IMG/VR virus record: IMGVR_UViG_3300046792_000213
Coordinates: 12,394 to 76,393 of that record
From: a virus
Reading direction: 5' to 3' (one strand)
DNA: 64,000 nucleotides
Position 1 is the stretch's first letter. Each line of letters opens with the position of its first letter. Below the pieces are notes generated by a model. It ran no database searches, was not told the DNA's origin, and saw only the letters and a program-made list of their open reading frames with translations. Below, piece after piece: positions 29,041-36,753 of this stretch. The position numbers and the translations under genes are program-made.

Positions 29041-29115
29041 TGGAATGCCCGGCAGGATTCGAACCCACGTCACCCGGGTTGGAGCCGGGTGTTCTCGCCG
29101 CTGAACTACGGACAC
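29041..29115 (-). tRNA. tRNA with CCA (Trp) anticodon, encoded 3'-CCA, atypical U73
   Basis: Cloverleaf GTGTCCG/CGGGCAT, D stem GTTC/GAAC, CCCGG-CTCCAAC-CCGGG, TTCGAAT T-loop. Confidence 0.85.
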
Positions 29116-29168
29116 AAGCAGGCCGCCGGCCCGCGGGGCGAAGTTCCGCGACTCGCCGGCGACCGCCC

Positions 29169-29254
29169 GAGGATGCTCTACCTACCTGAGCTACCAGCCA
29201 GACCGTGCACGATCCTGTTGTGGCCGGGCGGGACTTGAACCCGCGACCTTCCCC
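29169..29254 (-). ncRNA. Circularly permuted tRNA-like element (YrlA/Y-RNA-like)
   Basis: T-arm and 3' acceptor strand precede 5' acceptor strand and D-arm; all stems pair; no anticodon loop. Confidence 0.7.
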
Positions 29255-29258
29255 TTCG

Positions 29259-29333
29259 TGGCAGCGACAGGATTTGAACCTGCGACCTCCGGGTTATGAG
29301 CCCGGCGAGCTGACCGACCTGCTCCACGCTGCT
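29259..29333 (-). tRNA. Initiator tRNA-fMet (CAT)
   Basis: 1x72 mismatch (A/C), A11-U24, GGG/CCC anticodon stem, CTCATAA loop, TTCAAAT T-loop. Confidence 0.9.
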
Positions 29334-29426
29334 TCGTTCAGGCTAGGCGCCTGCTGGCCGCCGGTGCGACCGGGTTTTGCCCCGCTGCCGGGCGCGGTGT
29401 CCGTGGGCCGGCTGGGCAGCGGGTGA

Positions 29427-29693
29427 TTAGGGGTGGCGATCGAACAGGTGCCAGACGAGGCCGTGAGGGGCGAGTGCGGTCCCCCGGTAGTGGAGAGCCG
29501 AGTCGTCGGGGAGCGGCTGGCCCGTCCCAAAGACTCGGAAGGCGCAGGTGGCCCCGGCGCTGCCGTCGCTGAATGCCCACAGCTCAACCGTGTCCGAACG
29601 TCTGGCCGCGATGTGGAGCACGTCACCCGACAGGGAAATGGTGTGCCACTGGTCATCGACGGGGATCTCGTACCGGTGGATGGCGAGCGGCAT
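29427..29693 (-). CDS. Conserved phage hypothetical protein (DUF7352-like)
   Basis: IHRYEIPV...FRVFGTGQP...LVWHLF; GGAGGA RBS. Confidence 0.75.
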   Translation of the reverse strand: MPLAIHRYEIPVDDQWHTISLSGDVLHIAARRSDTVELWAFSDGSAGATCAFRVFGTGQPLPDDSALHYRGTALAPHGLVWHLFDRHP

Positions 29694-29815
29694 ATCGGCG
29701 TCCTCCGCGGTGGGTGGGCGCGGCCCGAGCCCGTCAGGTCGGGCCGCGCGGCAGGGTCGCCTTCTGGCATCGCCTGCGGACCGCAACCCGGGGGGGTGGG
29801 TGCGGCGATCGGGGG

Positions 29816-30040
29816 TCAGGCCGCGGCGTAGGTGCGGCGTGCGCGCTCGCGGGTCGCCTTCTCGGCACGGATCACATCGATGGCGAGGAAGAGAGGGCCG
29901 CCACGCCAGTCACGCCCGGCCTCGGTGAGAACCCCGCGGTACTTCCAGTTGCGGACCACGTTCGGCTTCACGCCCGCCGCTTCGGCGGCCTGGGCGACTG
30001 TCCAGTGGGTCGTCTGCAAGTCAACGTCGAGGTCGATCAC
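29816..30040 (-). CDS. MerR-like HTH DNA-binding protein
   Basis: WTVAQAAEAAGVKPNVVRNWKYRGVL. Confidence 0.8.
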   Translation of the reverse strand: MIDLDVDLQTTHWTVAQAAEAAGVKPNVVRNWKYRGVLTEAGRDWRGGPLFLAIDVIRAEKATRERARRTYAAA

Positions 30041-30065
30041 GGCAACGCACCCCCGCGGCCTGGGT

Positions 30066-30099
30066 AAACGAAAAGGCCCCGCGTATTTGGCGGGGCCTT
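30066..30099 (-). terminator. Intrinsic terminator at head of the late operon
   Basis: AAGGCCCCGC/GCGGGGCCTT stem followed by TTCGTTT. Confidence 0.8.
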
Positions 30100-30154
30100 C
30101 CGGAAGCGTGCATGGTTCTCCGTGGGACAGGATCATGCATGATGCGGTGCCTCG

Positions 30155-30967
30155 TCAAGCTGCGGCGATAATCGACGCATTCAGCGCCTTGACATACGCG
30201 TCGTACTCGGGGCGGGTGATGATCCGGCGGCAGTCCGGGTCGCGGCATTCGATGTACGGCTCATCGTTGACCAACCGCAGCTCACGAGACTCCACCAGGT
30301 ACGGGCCGTGGCAGCGCGGGCACGGTGCAAGACGGCGCACTTCCCGCTGCTCGTCCTGCTTCGTGAAGTACAGGCAGGTGCGGTACCAGCCACTCACCTG
30401 CCCGCCGGGGTTGGCGTTGTCGCGCCCCCAGGGTTCCCATGCAGCGGGGTGATGTTGCATCACCCAGTCCCAATGGGCGCTGAGCGTTTGGACGCTGGCG
30501 TTGAGCCAGTGGCTTTCCCGGCCGGTCGCGGGGAGTCCGTGGTTGGTGCGGTAGTCCGACCAGAGGGCGGCGACAGCTTCGGCTGGGCGTGCGCCGGCGG
30601 CGCTTCTGGGCCCGACGGATATGCCGCGTAGTTCGAGGACGTCGGCCCGCAGTTCTGTCATCTCCCCGACGATGCGGTCGACGAGGAGCCGGGATGCCTG
30701 GCCGGGCCATGTGGCGACGGTGACACGGCCGATGGTTCCGGTGGCCTTGGCGGGCGTGCCTGTCACGGCTTCACTGAGGACTGCGACGATGAGCGCGGGT
30801 ATGGCGGCGAGTTGTTCGCGGGTGCGGTCGACGCAGCCGTGGCACTGGGTCGGCTGGCCCCAGGCGGGCTGGATGGCGTGCTCGACGCCGGTTACGGTCT
30901 GGGCTTCTTCGGCTTTGCGCCAGGCGGTGTTGCACGGGCCGGGGCAGGCGGCGGGGGCGTTTTGCAT
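30155..30967 (-). CDS. Putative late-gene regulator (zinc-ribbon protein)
   Basis: CPGPCN, CHGC, CPRCH...ECRDPDC; last gene before the late operon. Confidence 0.6.
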   Translation of the reverse strand: MQNAPAACPGPCNTAWRKAEEAQTVTGVEHAIQPAWGQPTQCHGCVDRTREQLAAIPALIVAVLSEAVTGTPAKATGTIGRVTVATWPGQASRLLVDRIVGEMTELRADVLELRGISVGPRSAAGARPAEAVAALWSDYRTNHGLPATGRESHWLNASVQTLSAHWDWVMQHHPAAWEPWGRDNANPGGQVSGWYRTCLYFTKQDEQREVRRLAPCPRCHGPYLVESRELRLVNDEPYIECRDPDCRRIITRPEYDAYVKALNASIIAAA

Positions 30968-30998
30968 GACGGGCTCCCAGGTGTGCGGGTACGCCCAC

Positions 30999-31020
30999 AT
31001 TCTGCGGCATGCGCCCGACA
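30999..31020 (-). promoter_or_regulatory. PafBC/RecA-NDp-like promoter TGTCGG-N10-CAGAAT
   Basis: Exact TGTCGG, 10-nt spacer, -10-like hexamer. Confidence 0.55.
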
Positions 31021-31033
31021 GCGCCCCGCGGTG

Positions 31034-31231
31034 TCAGCGGGGGTGCGGTTCACCGTCCGCCTTGCCGGGCCAGTCGTGGCCTACGGGTTCGGCGCACCAG
31101 CACCGGTAGCCGAGGCTGAGCACCCTGCCGATGCCCCCGCGTTCACGGTCGGCGTTCGGGCCGTGGCGGTACTTCGCGCGGATGGATGCCTCTACGGCCT
31201 TGAGTGCTGCGTCACGTCGAAGGATCGGCAT
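31034..31231 (-). CDS. Small hypothetical protein
   Basis: GGAGG RBS; CWC...HDWPGK. Confidence 0.55.
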   Translation of the reverse strand: MPILRRDAALKAVEASIRAKYRHGPNADRERGGIGRVLSLGYRCWCAEPVGHDWPGKADGEPHPR

Positions 31232-31589
31232 CGGCCACCTCCTCCGAGGTATCGACCGGCTCATCGGCAATGATCACGCGCACTTGCTGGCCTTCGAACC
31301 GGCCAATGATCTCGATCAAGTCGTGGTCGCCAACTTTGAGAACGTCAGGGTCCATGGGCGTGTATTCGCTATAGCCCCAACCGACGTCTACGGACAGGTC
31401 GCCCGTGTAGCGCTCGTCCATGATGGCGACAGTCACGGGCTTGCTGAACCCAGCTTCGCTGATCGCGCTGACCAAGTCGACGTCGCCGAACCAGACCGCG
31501 CCACGAAGCCCGTCAGCGCTCCGCCACCGGTCGCCTGTGGTCACCAGCCCGGTCAGGTTGATCCTCACGCGGTCGTCTCCTCTGTCCAA
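31212..31589 (-). CDS. Hypothetical protein
   Basis: Coding-like composition; start uncertain. Confidence 0.6.
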   Translation of the reverse strand: MDRGDDRVRINLTGLVTTGDRWRSADGLRGAVWFGDVDLVSAISEAGFSKPVTVAIMDERYTGDLSVDVGWGYSEYTPMDPDVLKVGDHDLIEIIGRFEGQQVRVIIADEPVDTSEEVADADPST

Positions 31590-32068
31590 CCCCAGCCCTC
31601 CGCGAGGAGGCGGATGCGCCGTTCGACGCGGTTGTCGCGCCCGCAGTCGCAGGGCTTGCCGCGTTCACTGTCGTTGCAGCTTTCACCGCCGTCGTGTTCC
31701 TCGGTGCCGGCGCGGCAGGTGTACCAGCAGTCGTCGTCATTGACCAGGTGGCGCTCGGCGAGCAGGTCGGCCAGCAGTTCCCGGTCGGCGGCGATGCGGC
31801 GGAGGACGGCGGCCGGGTCGTGGCGCGCCATGTGCGGGATCAGGCCCCACTGGAGTTCGGCCTCCAGGAAGATGCCATCCTTGCCGATCTCCGCGCGCAG
31901 ATTGCCGCGAGGACGGGACACGCCGTCACTCTCCCCCGAGGCCGCCGGGTACGGACCGCGAGCCTCCCGGACGCCGCACCGGGCGTAGTCGACGTCCCGA
32001 GCGGCCTCGGCTTCGGCCTGCGCCGCGTCCAGGGTGGCGTGCAGGAACACCAGCGGGTCGGGGGTCAC
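31565..32068 (-). CDS. DUF6221-family protein
   Basis: HMARHDPAAVLRRIAADRELL. Confidence 0.7.
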   Translation of the reverse strand: MTPDPLVFLHATLDAAQAEAEAARDVDYARCGVREARGPYPAASGESDGVSRPRGNLRAEIGKDGIFLEAELQWGLIPHMARHDPAAVLRRIAADRELLADLLAERHLVNDDDCWYTCRAGTEEHDGGESCNDSERGKPCDCGRDNRVERRIRLLAEGWGWTEETTA

Positions 32069-32496
32069 GGCCGCCACTCCTCGCGGTAGTCGGGGTGGTC
32101 GGCGTAGGGCAGCGCCAGCACCTGCGTTGCGACGTAGAGACCCGCGATCAATCCGTTGATGCCTTCGTCGTTCTCGTCCCGGCCGGGCGCCGATTCCTGC
32201 TCCTCGTACCGCCTGATGATCCGCCGCTTCGCTTCGACCTCGGCCAACACCCGCGCCGGGTCGGCGAATCGGACGATGTGCTCGGCGTTGATCAGGTTCT
32301 GGCGATCGCTGGGCTCTCCGGTCGTGGCCACTCGTGCGGCTTCCGTGCCGAAGACCGCTTCCTCGGTGCGGCCCGACGCGGTGGCGTGATGTCTGGCCGT
32401 CGGCGTGTTCCGCCACGGCCCAGGCGTCGTCTCTCGCGCTACCGCCTCGTCCACGTCGAGCCGCGCCCGCAGGAATGCGATCAGGTCGGCAGTCAC
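32065..32496 (-). CDS. DUF6221-family protein
   Basis: DLIAFLRARLD...DPARVLAEVEAKRRII...LALPYADHPDYREEWRP. Confidence 0.85.
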   Translation of the reverse strand: MTADLIAFLRARLDVDEAVARETTPGPWRNTPTARHHATASGRTEEAVFGTEAARVATTGEPSDRQNLINAEHIVRFADPARVLAEVEAKRRIIRRYEEQESAPGRDENDEGINGLIAGLYVATQVLALPYADHPDYREEWRP

Positions 32497-32960
32497 CACG
32501 ACTCCCTCTCCGATTTGAGCGCGGCCCGGAGCATCCCGGGCGTTACGACGATCCTGTTGGCGAGGGCTTCCACGTCCTGCCTGAGCGCCCATAGCTGCGC
32601 GCTCTTCGCGTACAGCTCCGTCCGCAGGTCCCGCTCTTCCTCGTGCCACAGCATGTGCATGGCCCGGTCGGCGGCGTTCGCCACGGCCACCGGGTCGCTG
32701 GTGTCGGCGTCGAGGGTCGCCTTCCACAGGCGGTCCATGGTGTCGTCACCAATCCCGGCAGTGACCACGTCGTTCACGGGCCGCCAACTGATCCACCACC
32801 CGGAGAACTGCATGGCATGGCCGGTCTTGGGGTCGGGGTACCACACCTCGATCTCGCCGCGCGGCCAGCCGCCGGGGGCGTACTCGATCTCCCAGCCCAA
32901 GGCCTCCAGACGCTCCAACAGAGCAGTGACGAAATTAAGGTGCGCCTCGTCGTCCGTCAT
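32493..32960 (-). CDS. Hypothetical protein
   Basis: Coupled start and stop in operon. Confidence 0.65.
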   Translation of the reverse strand: MTDDEAHLNFVTALLERLEALGWEIEYAPGGWPRGEIEVWYPDPKTGHAMQFSGWWISWRPVNDVVTAGIGDDTMDRLWKATLDADTSDPVAVANAADRAMHMLWHEEERDLRTELYAKSAQLWALRQDVEALANRIVVTPGMLRAALKSERESW

Positions 32961-33241
32961 GCGGTCCTTCCGAACTTCCACGGCTTACGAGCCAGCCCTT
33001 GCAGGAACTCTTCGTGTGCGGCGGCGAGGGCGCCTTCATCGAAGATGAGCATCTGCCCCGGCAGGCAAGCGGGGTTGGCGCGCACCGTGATGATGTCGGC
33101 CGCACCAGCCTGATCGACGGCGGCGCGGATCCGGTGGACTTCCTGCGGCTCGCAGTGGATCGTCCGCTTCGACTCCTCGCGGACCACGTCCAGGAAGGTC
33201 AGCTCGGTGACGAGCCGGTCCCAGGTCAACGGCTCGGTCAC
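32957..33241 (-). CDS. Hypothetical protein
   Basis: GTGA coupling. Confidence 0.6.
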   Translation of the reverse strand: MTEPLTWDRLVTELTFLDVVREESKRTIHCEPQEVHRIRAAVDQAGAADIITVRANPACLPGQMLIFDEGALAAAHEEFLQGLARKPWKFGRTA

Positions 33242-33576
33242 GGATGATCGCCGCCGAACAGCCCCGCGAACTGGTGGCCCGGGTCGAACTCGCCGATCAC
33301 CGCATCCTGCATCTGCTGCAACCGCACCTGAAAGTCGGCCATCCGCCCGAGGGCCGCGTCCGGGTCCGGCGCGCCGTACACGAGGGTGTTCACGACCCGG
33401 CGAATCGCAACCCGGTCCAGACCCTCGCGGCACAGCGCCGATTCGAGAAGCGCGAAGGACCGCCGCATCCACTCCAGATGCGCCACGAACAGCGGGTCGC
33501 CCATCAGTGCCGCACGGGCCACGGGATGCCGGGCCACGTACTCATCCAGCACCGCATCACTGTCGTACTCGGTCAT
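33238..33576 (-). CDS. Hypothetical protein
   Basis: ATGA coupling. Confidence 0.6.
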   Translation of the reverse strand: MTEYDSDAVLDEYVARHPVARAALMGDPLFVAHLEWMRRSFALLESALCREGLDRVAIRRVVNTLVYGAPDPDAALGRMADFQVRLQQMQDAVIGEFDPGHQFAGLFGGDHP

Positions 33577-33959
33577 GCCGATGCCTTCCGCATGGTGACC
33601 CACTGCGACTCGAATCTGGACAACGCCTCCCGTGTCTGGCCGTCGAGTTGTCCGGCGGCGAGCAGCAGGGTGAGAAACACGGCTCCGATGGTCTCGGCGT
33701 TGGCGCTACTGCCTTCCTCTGCGAGCCAGCAGTCCGTCCAGCCGTCCATCGTGTTGTCGCCGCCTTTGTAGCCCTGGTAGGTGGTACCCCGGGCGGAACG
33801 GGCGTCGGCGAGCATGGCGCCGACTGTGACATTCGCGGCCGGCTCGAAGGCGAGGTCCATGTAGTCGCCGCGGTAGGAGTGCGGGTTGGAGAAGCCGAGC
33901 GGCAGCACCAGGGCGGGGTCTGCGGCTTCGAGCGCCACAATCAGCTCGTCGAGGGTCAT
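33573..33959 (-). CDS. Conserved phage hypothetical protein (likely leaderless)
   Basis: MTLDELIVALE...PHSYRGDYMDLAFEP...GYKGG. Confidence 0.75.
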   Translation of the reverse strand: MTLDELIVALEAADPALVLPLGFSNPHSYRGDYMDLAFEPAANVTVGAMLADARSARGTTYQGYKGGDNTMDGWTDCWLAEEGSSANAETIGAVFLTLLLAAGQLDGQTREALSRFESQWVTMRKASA

Positions 33960-33965
33960 GCCGTC

Positions 33966-33987
33966 ATTGTGCGCCCGGCGCCCGACA
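33966..33987 (-). promoter_or_regulatory. PafBC/RecA-NDp-like promoter TGTCGG-N10-CACAAT
   Basis: -10 box lies 6 nt before ATG 33959 (leaderless geometry). Confidence 0.55.
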
Positions 33988-33999
33988 GGGCTGCGCCTG

Positions 34000-34449
34000 T
34001 CAGCAGCCCGCGCCGACGGCCACCTGCACGTGCTTCAACCGCTTCGCCGGCTCGGTGTCCGCGTCGTAACCGGGGTTGTCGCTGGCCCACGCCGCCTCGG
34101 TGCAGTACCCGGCACCGGTTGGGGACGTTGAGGCGAGCGTTCGGAACGTATCCCGACAGTCGGCGCCCCCCTCGCTGCCGAGTACCTGCGCGGAGTCCGG
34201 GATCCCAGGGACCCGGTACCAAACGTCCACGTCCCGGATGGGGTCGCAACTCTTCGGCGACTTCGACGGGCGCGGCTTGGCGGACTTCGACTTCGCAGCC
34301 GGCTTGGGAGTCGGGGTCGCACTGACCGTAGGGGCGGTCGCAGTTACGGCGGGTGCGCTACTGGCCGTTCCTTTGCTTCCCTCGCAGGCGGTGAGCGTGA
34401 GCCCGGCGGCGAGTAACACGGCGGTAGCAGCAGCGGTGCGGATGTACAC
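34000..34449 (-). CDS. Lipoprotein
   Basis: Lipobox LTAC, Pro/Lys linker, Cys-containing domain. Confidence 0.75.
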   Translation of the reverse strand: MYIRTAAATAVLLAAGLTLTACEGSKGTASSAPAVTATAPTVSATPTPKPAAKSKSAKPRPSKSPKSCDPIRDVDVWYRVPGIPDSAQVLGSEGGADCRDTFRTLASTSPTGAGYCTEAAWASDNPGYDADTEPAKRLKHVQVAVGAGC

Positions 34450-34562
34450 GAACGCCCCCTTTTGGCGATGTGACGGGCATCCTGTCACGCCCGGGGCCAC
34501 CGGAGGGACGGTTTCTGTGGGTTCGCCTGCGCCCGACGTCGTCCGCCCGGCATCCTGCGGTT

Positions 34563-34748
34563 ATGGCGGTGACTTACGCGGTGATCGGCCAGTCGGAGGC
34601 CGAAGTGAAGACGGCCCTCGCCCGGCTCTGCGATCTGTTCGGGCTGGAGTCTCTAGGCGCATCCCGACTGCCAGGACAGGAGCGGTGGCTTGGTCGGGCT
34701 GCGCCGCCAGCTGTCAGGCTCCCGCGTTCGCCTCGTCGGTCTGCATGA
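34563..34748 (+). CDS. Small hypothetical protein
   Basis: MAVTYAVIG...ERWLGRA; possibly leaderless. Confidence 0.5.
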   Translation: MAVTYAVIGQSEAEVKTALARLCDLFGLESLGASRLPGQERWLGRAAPPAVRLPRSPRRSA

Positions 34749-35196
34749 CCATCTGCAGCGCACTGACCCCCACGACGACAGCGAGGGCATCCTTCGGGCA
34801 CGGAGATCCGTCAATGTCGGCGTTCGGGTCGCCGGGGCATGAGTCCTTCGTGTATGTGTCGGCGTCACCCACAAGCTCGGTGATCTTCGTGATGGTCGGC
34901 GAGTACTGATCGGCGCCCCCGGCCACGCCGATCGCGTCGGTGATCTGCGTGAACAGGCCAACGCTGTCGGCGATGGCCTTCGCGCAGCCGCTGCTCCCGG
35001 AATCGGTGGAACAGTCCTTCATCCCATCCCCGCCTGCGAGGGCTTTCAGTTTGGGCACCCACGTCGTGGACAGTTTCGCTGCGGCTGCCGCGGTAGCGGG
35101 CTTCGCGGACGCGTCGTGGCTACTGCCGGATGAGCAGGCGGCGAGCAGGAACGCGGCGGCGACTGCTACTGCCGCGGTGGTTGTGCGGGTGCTCAC
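34714..35196 (-). CDS. Lipoprotein
   Basis: Lipobox LAAC; two Cys pairs. Confidence 0.75.
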   Translation of the reverse strand: MSTRTTTAAVAVAAAFLLAACSSGSSHDASAKPATAAAAAKLSTTWVPKLKALAGGDGMKDCSTDSGSSGCAKAIADSVGLFTQITDAIGVAGGADQYSPTITKITELVGDADTYTKDSCPGDPNADIDGSPCPKDALAVVVGVSALQMVMQTDEANAGA

Positions 35197-35276
35197 GGGA
35201 TCCCCCTGGTGTGGTCAGTGGGGATGAGCGTGGCAGGTCCCGCGTGGCCGGGCTGACGGTGTGACGATTCCGTGAC

Positions 35277-36212
35277 TCAACCGGCCCGCTTCCCGCCCCC
35301 GCCACCGCGCTTGGTCGTGGTCTTCTTCCCTGCGGTCTTCTTGGCCGGTGCCTTCTTCTTTCCGGTGGCTTTGCGGTCGCCCATGTGGTGGACGTCGGCG
35401 TGATCGCCGGTTTCGCGCCGGTCCCGTGCTTGGTCGGCGGCGGCTTTGAGTGCGGCCATGAGGTCGAGCGGGCCGCCCTCCTCCTTGCCCTTTGCGGGCT
35501 CGGCGGCCTTCGGTGGGGCGTGATCCTCGGCCTTGGCCTCGATGAGGGCTGTGACGGCTGCGGCGTAGTCGTCGTGCATTTGGGCGAGGTCGATGTCGCC
35601 CACCACCCCGATGTAGTCGAGGGCGGCCTGGATCTCATCCTCGGTGAGGTCCACGTCCGTGCGGGGTCGAGCGTCATCAGCGGACCGCAGCTCGTCCGGC
35701 CAGTGCAGGCGCTGCAGCACCAGCACCTCACCCTGAGCGTGGATCACAGCCAGGGTCTCCCCCGTACCACGGAACGCCATCTTGCCAACGGCGCCCTTCC
35801 CCGCCCGGGCCAGGGCTTCACGCATCAGCACGTAGGGCTTGTTCGCCGCCGAGCTCTGGGCCGCCAGGAAATACGGGGTTCCGAACTGCTCCCCCGGGAT
35901 CGCGCCGAGGTCCACGAAGCCGCTGATCTCCACCGTCTTCGCCGTGGGCAGAGGCAGGTCGTCCAGCTCCTGATCCGAGATCGGCACCAGGGTCCCGTCG
36001 GGAGCCTCGTAGGCCCGGCCGATCTCGTCCATGCCCAGCGGCTGCGTGTGATCGTCCATCTCCAGCTCGCACACCCGCCGGTTCCGCACCCGGCCGTGGT
36101 CCTCCAGGTGGATCTGCCGGAACCCGACCTTGTGGGAGTGGACGGCCGGCTCAACCCTGACAGGGATCGCGACCAGGCCGAAGGTCAAGGTTCCACTCCA
36201 GATGGCGGGCAT
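35277..36212 (-). CDS. ku: Ku DNA end-binding protein (NHEJ)
   Basis: AIWSGTLTFGLVAIPV, GRAYE, PYFL, LHWPDELR, DLMAALKAA, Lys-rich tail. Confidence 0.95.
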   Translation of the reverse strand: MPAIWSGTLTFGLVAIPVRVEPAVHSHKVGFRQIHLEDHGRVRNRRVCELEMDDHTQPLGMDEIGRAYEAPDGTLVPISDQELDDLPLPTAKTVEISGFVDLGAIPGEQFGTPYFLAAQSSAANKPYVLMREALARAGKGAVGKMAFRGTGETLAVIHAQGEVLVLQRLHWPDELRSADDARPRTDVDLTEDEIQAALDYIGVVGDIDLAQMHDDYAAAVTALIEAKAEDHAPPKAAEPAKGKEEGGPLDLMAALKAAADQARDRRETGDHADVHHMGDRKATGKKKAPAKKTAGKKTTTKRGGGGGKRAG

Positions 36213-36343
36213 GGCGCGTCCTTCCCGTGGCGGACCCCCGGTGGCCACGCTACGGACCGCCCTCACGGCGCGCCGGACGGGTACGCCCAATCGGGTGCTG
36301 CATCGTTAGTCCGGCAACCCACCGTGGCAAGGAAAGGTCGACC

Positions 36344-36631
36344 ATGAAGCCGAGGTTGACACTGGAGGAACACCAAGACCTGGGGCTGTCCCTCGCTTGC
36401 GTCAGGGACGAACTGGAGAAGCGGACCGCCCAGCTCGCCGACGCATACCCGCGTTCAGGACCAGAAGCGGTGCCGGGCAAGTTGCTCATTGATGCCCTGC
36501 GCTTGTTGGAGTCCGCACGATGCGAACTCGACCACATGATGTTCCGCGAGCACTGGGACGACGGAACCCCAGCGGTCTACTACCCGGACGATGACCAGCG
36601 GGCGACCTGGCGGCCAATCAGGCGGCGATGA
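36344..36631 (+). CDS. Hypothetical protein
   Basis: GAAAGG RBS; divergent from ku. Confidence 0.65.
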   Translation: MKPRLTLEEHQDLGLSLACVRDELEKRTAQLADAYPRSGPEAVPGKLLIDALRLLESARCELDHMMFREHWDDGTPAVYYPDDDQRATWRPIRRR

Positions 36632-36698
36632 GGCTATCCGAGGCAAGCAAGCAGCGGCTCGCTCCGGGTCGGCGAGCCGCGTGTGGCTACCCTGGCGC

Positions 36699-36735
36699 GC
36701 AGGCGCCCTCCCACTAGTCCTGGGAGGGCGCCTGC
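36699..36735. terminator. Bidirectional hairpin (15-bp perfect stem)
   Basis: GCAGGCGCCCTCCCA/TGGGAGGGCGCCTGC between convergent genes. Confidence 0.75.
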
Positions 36736-36753
36736 ATCGGTCAACGGCTCAGT

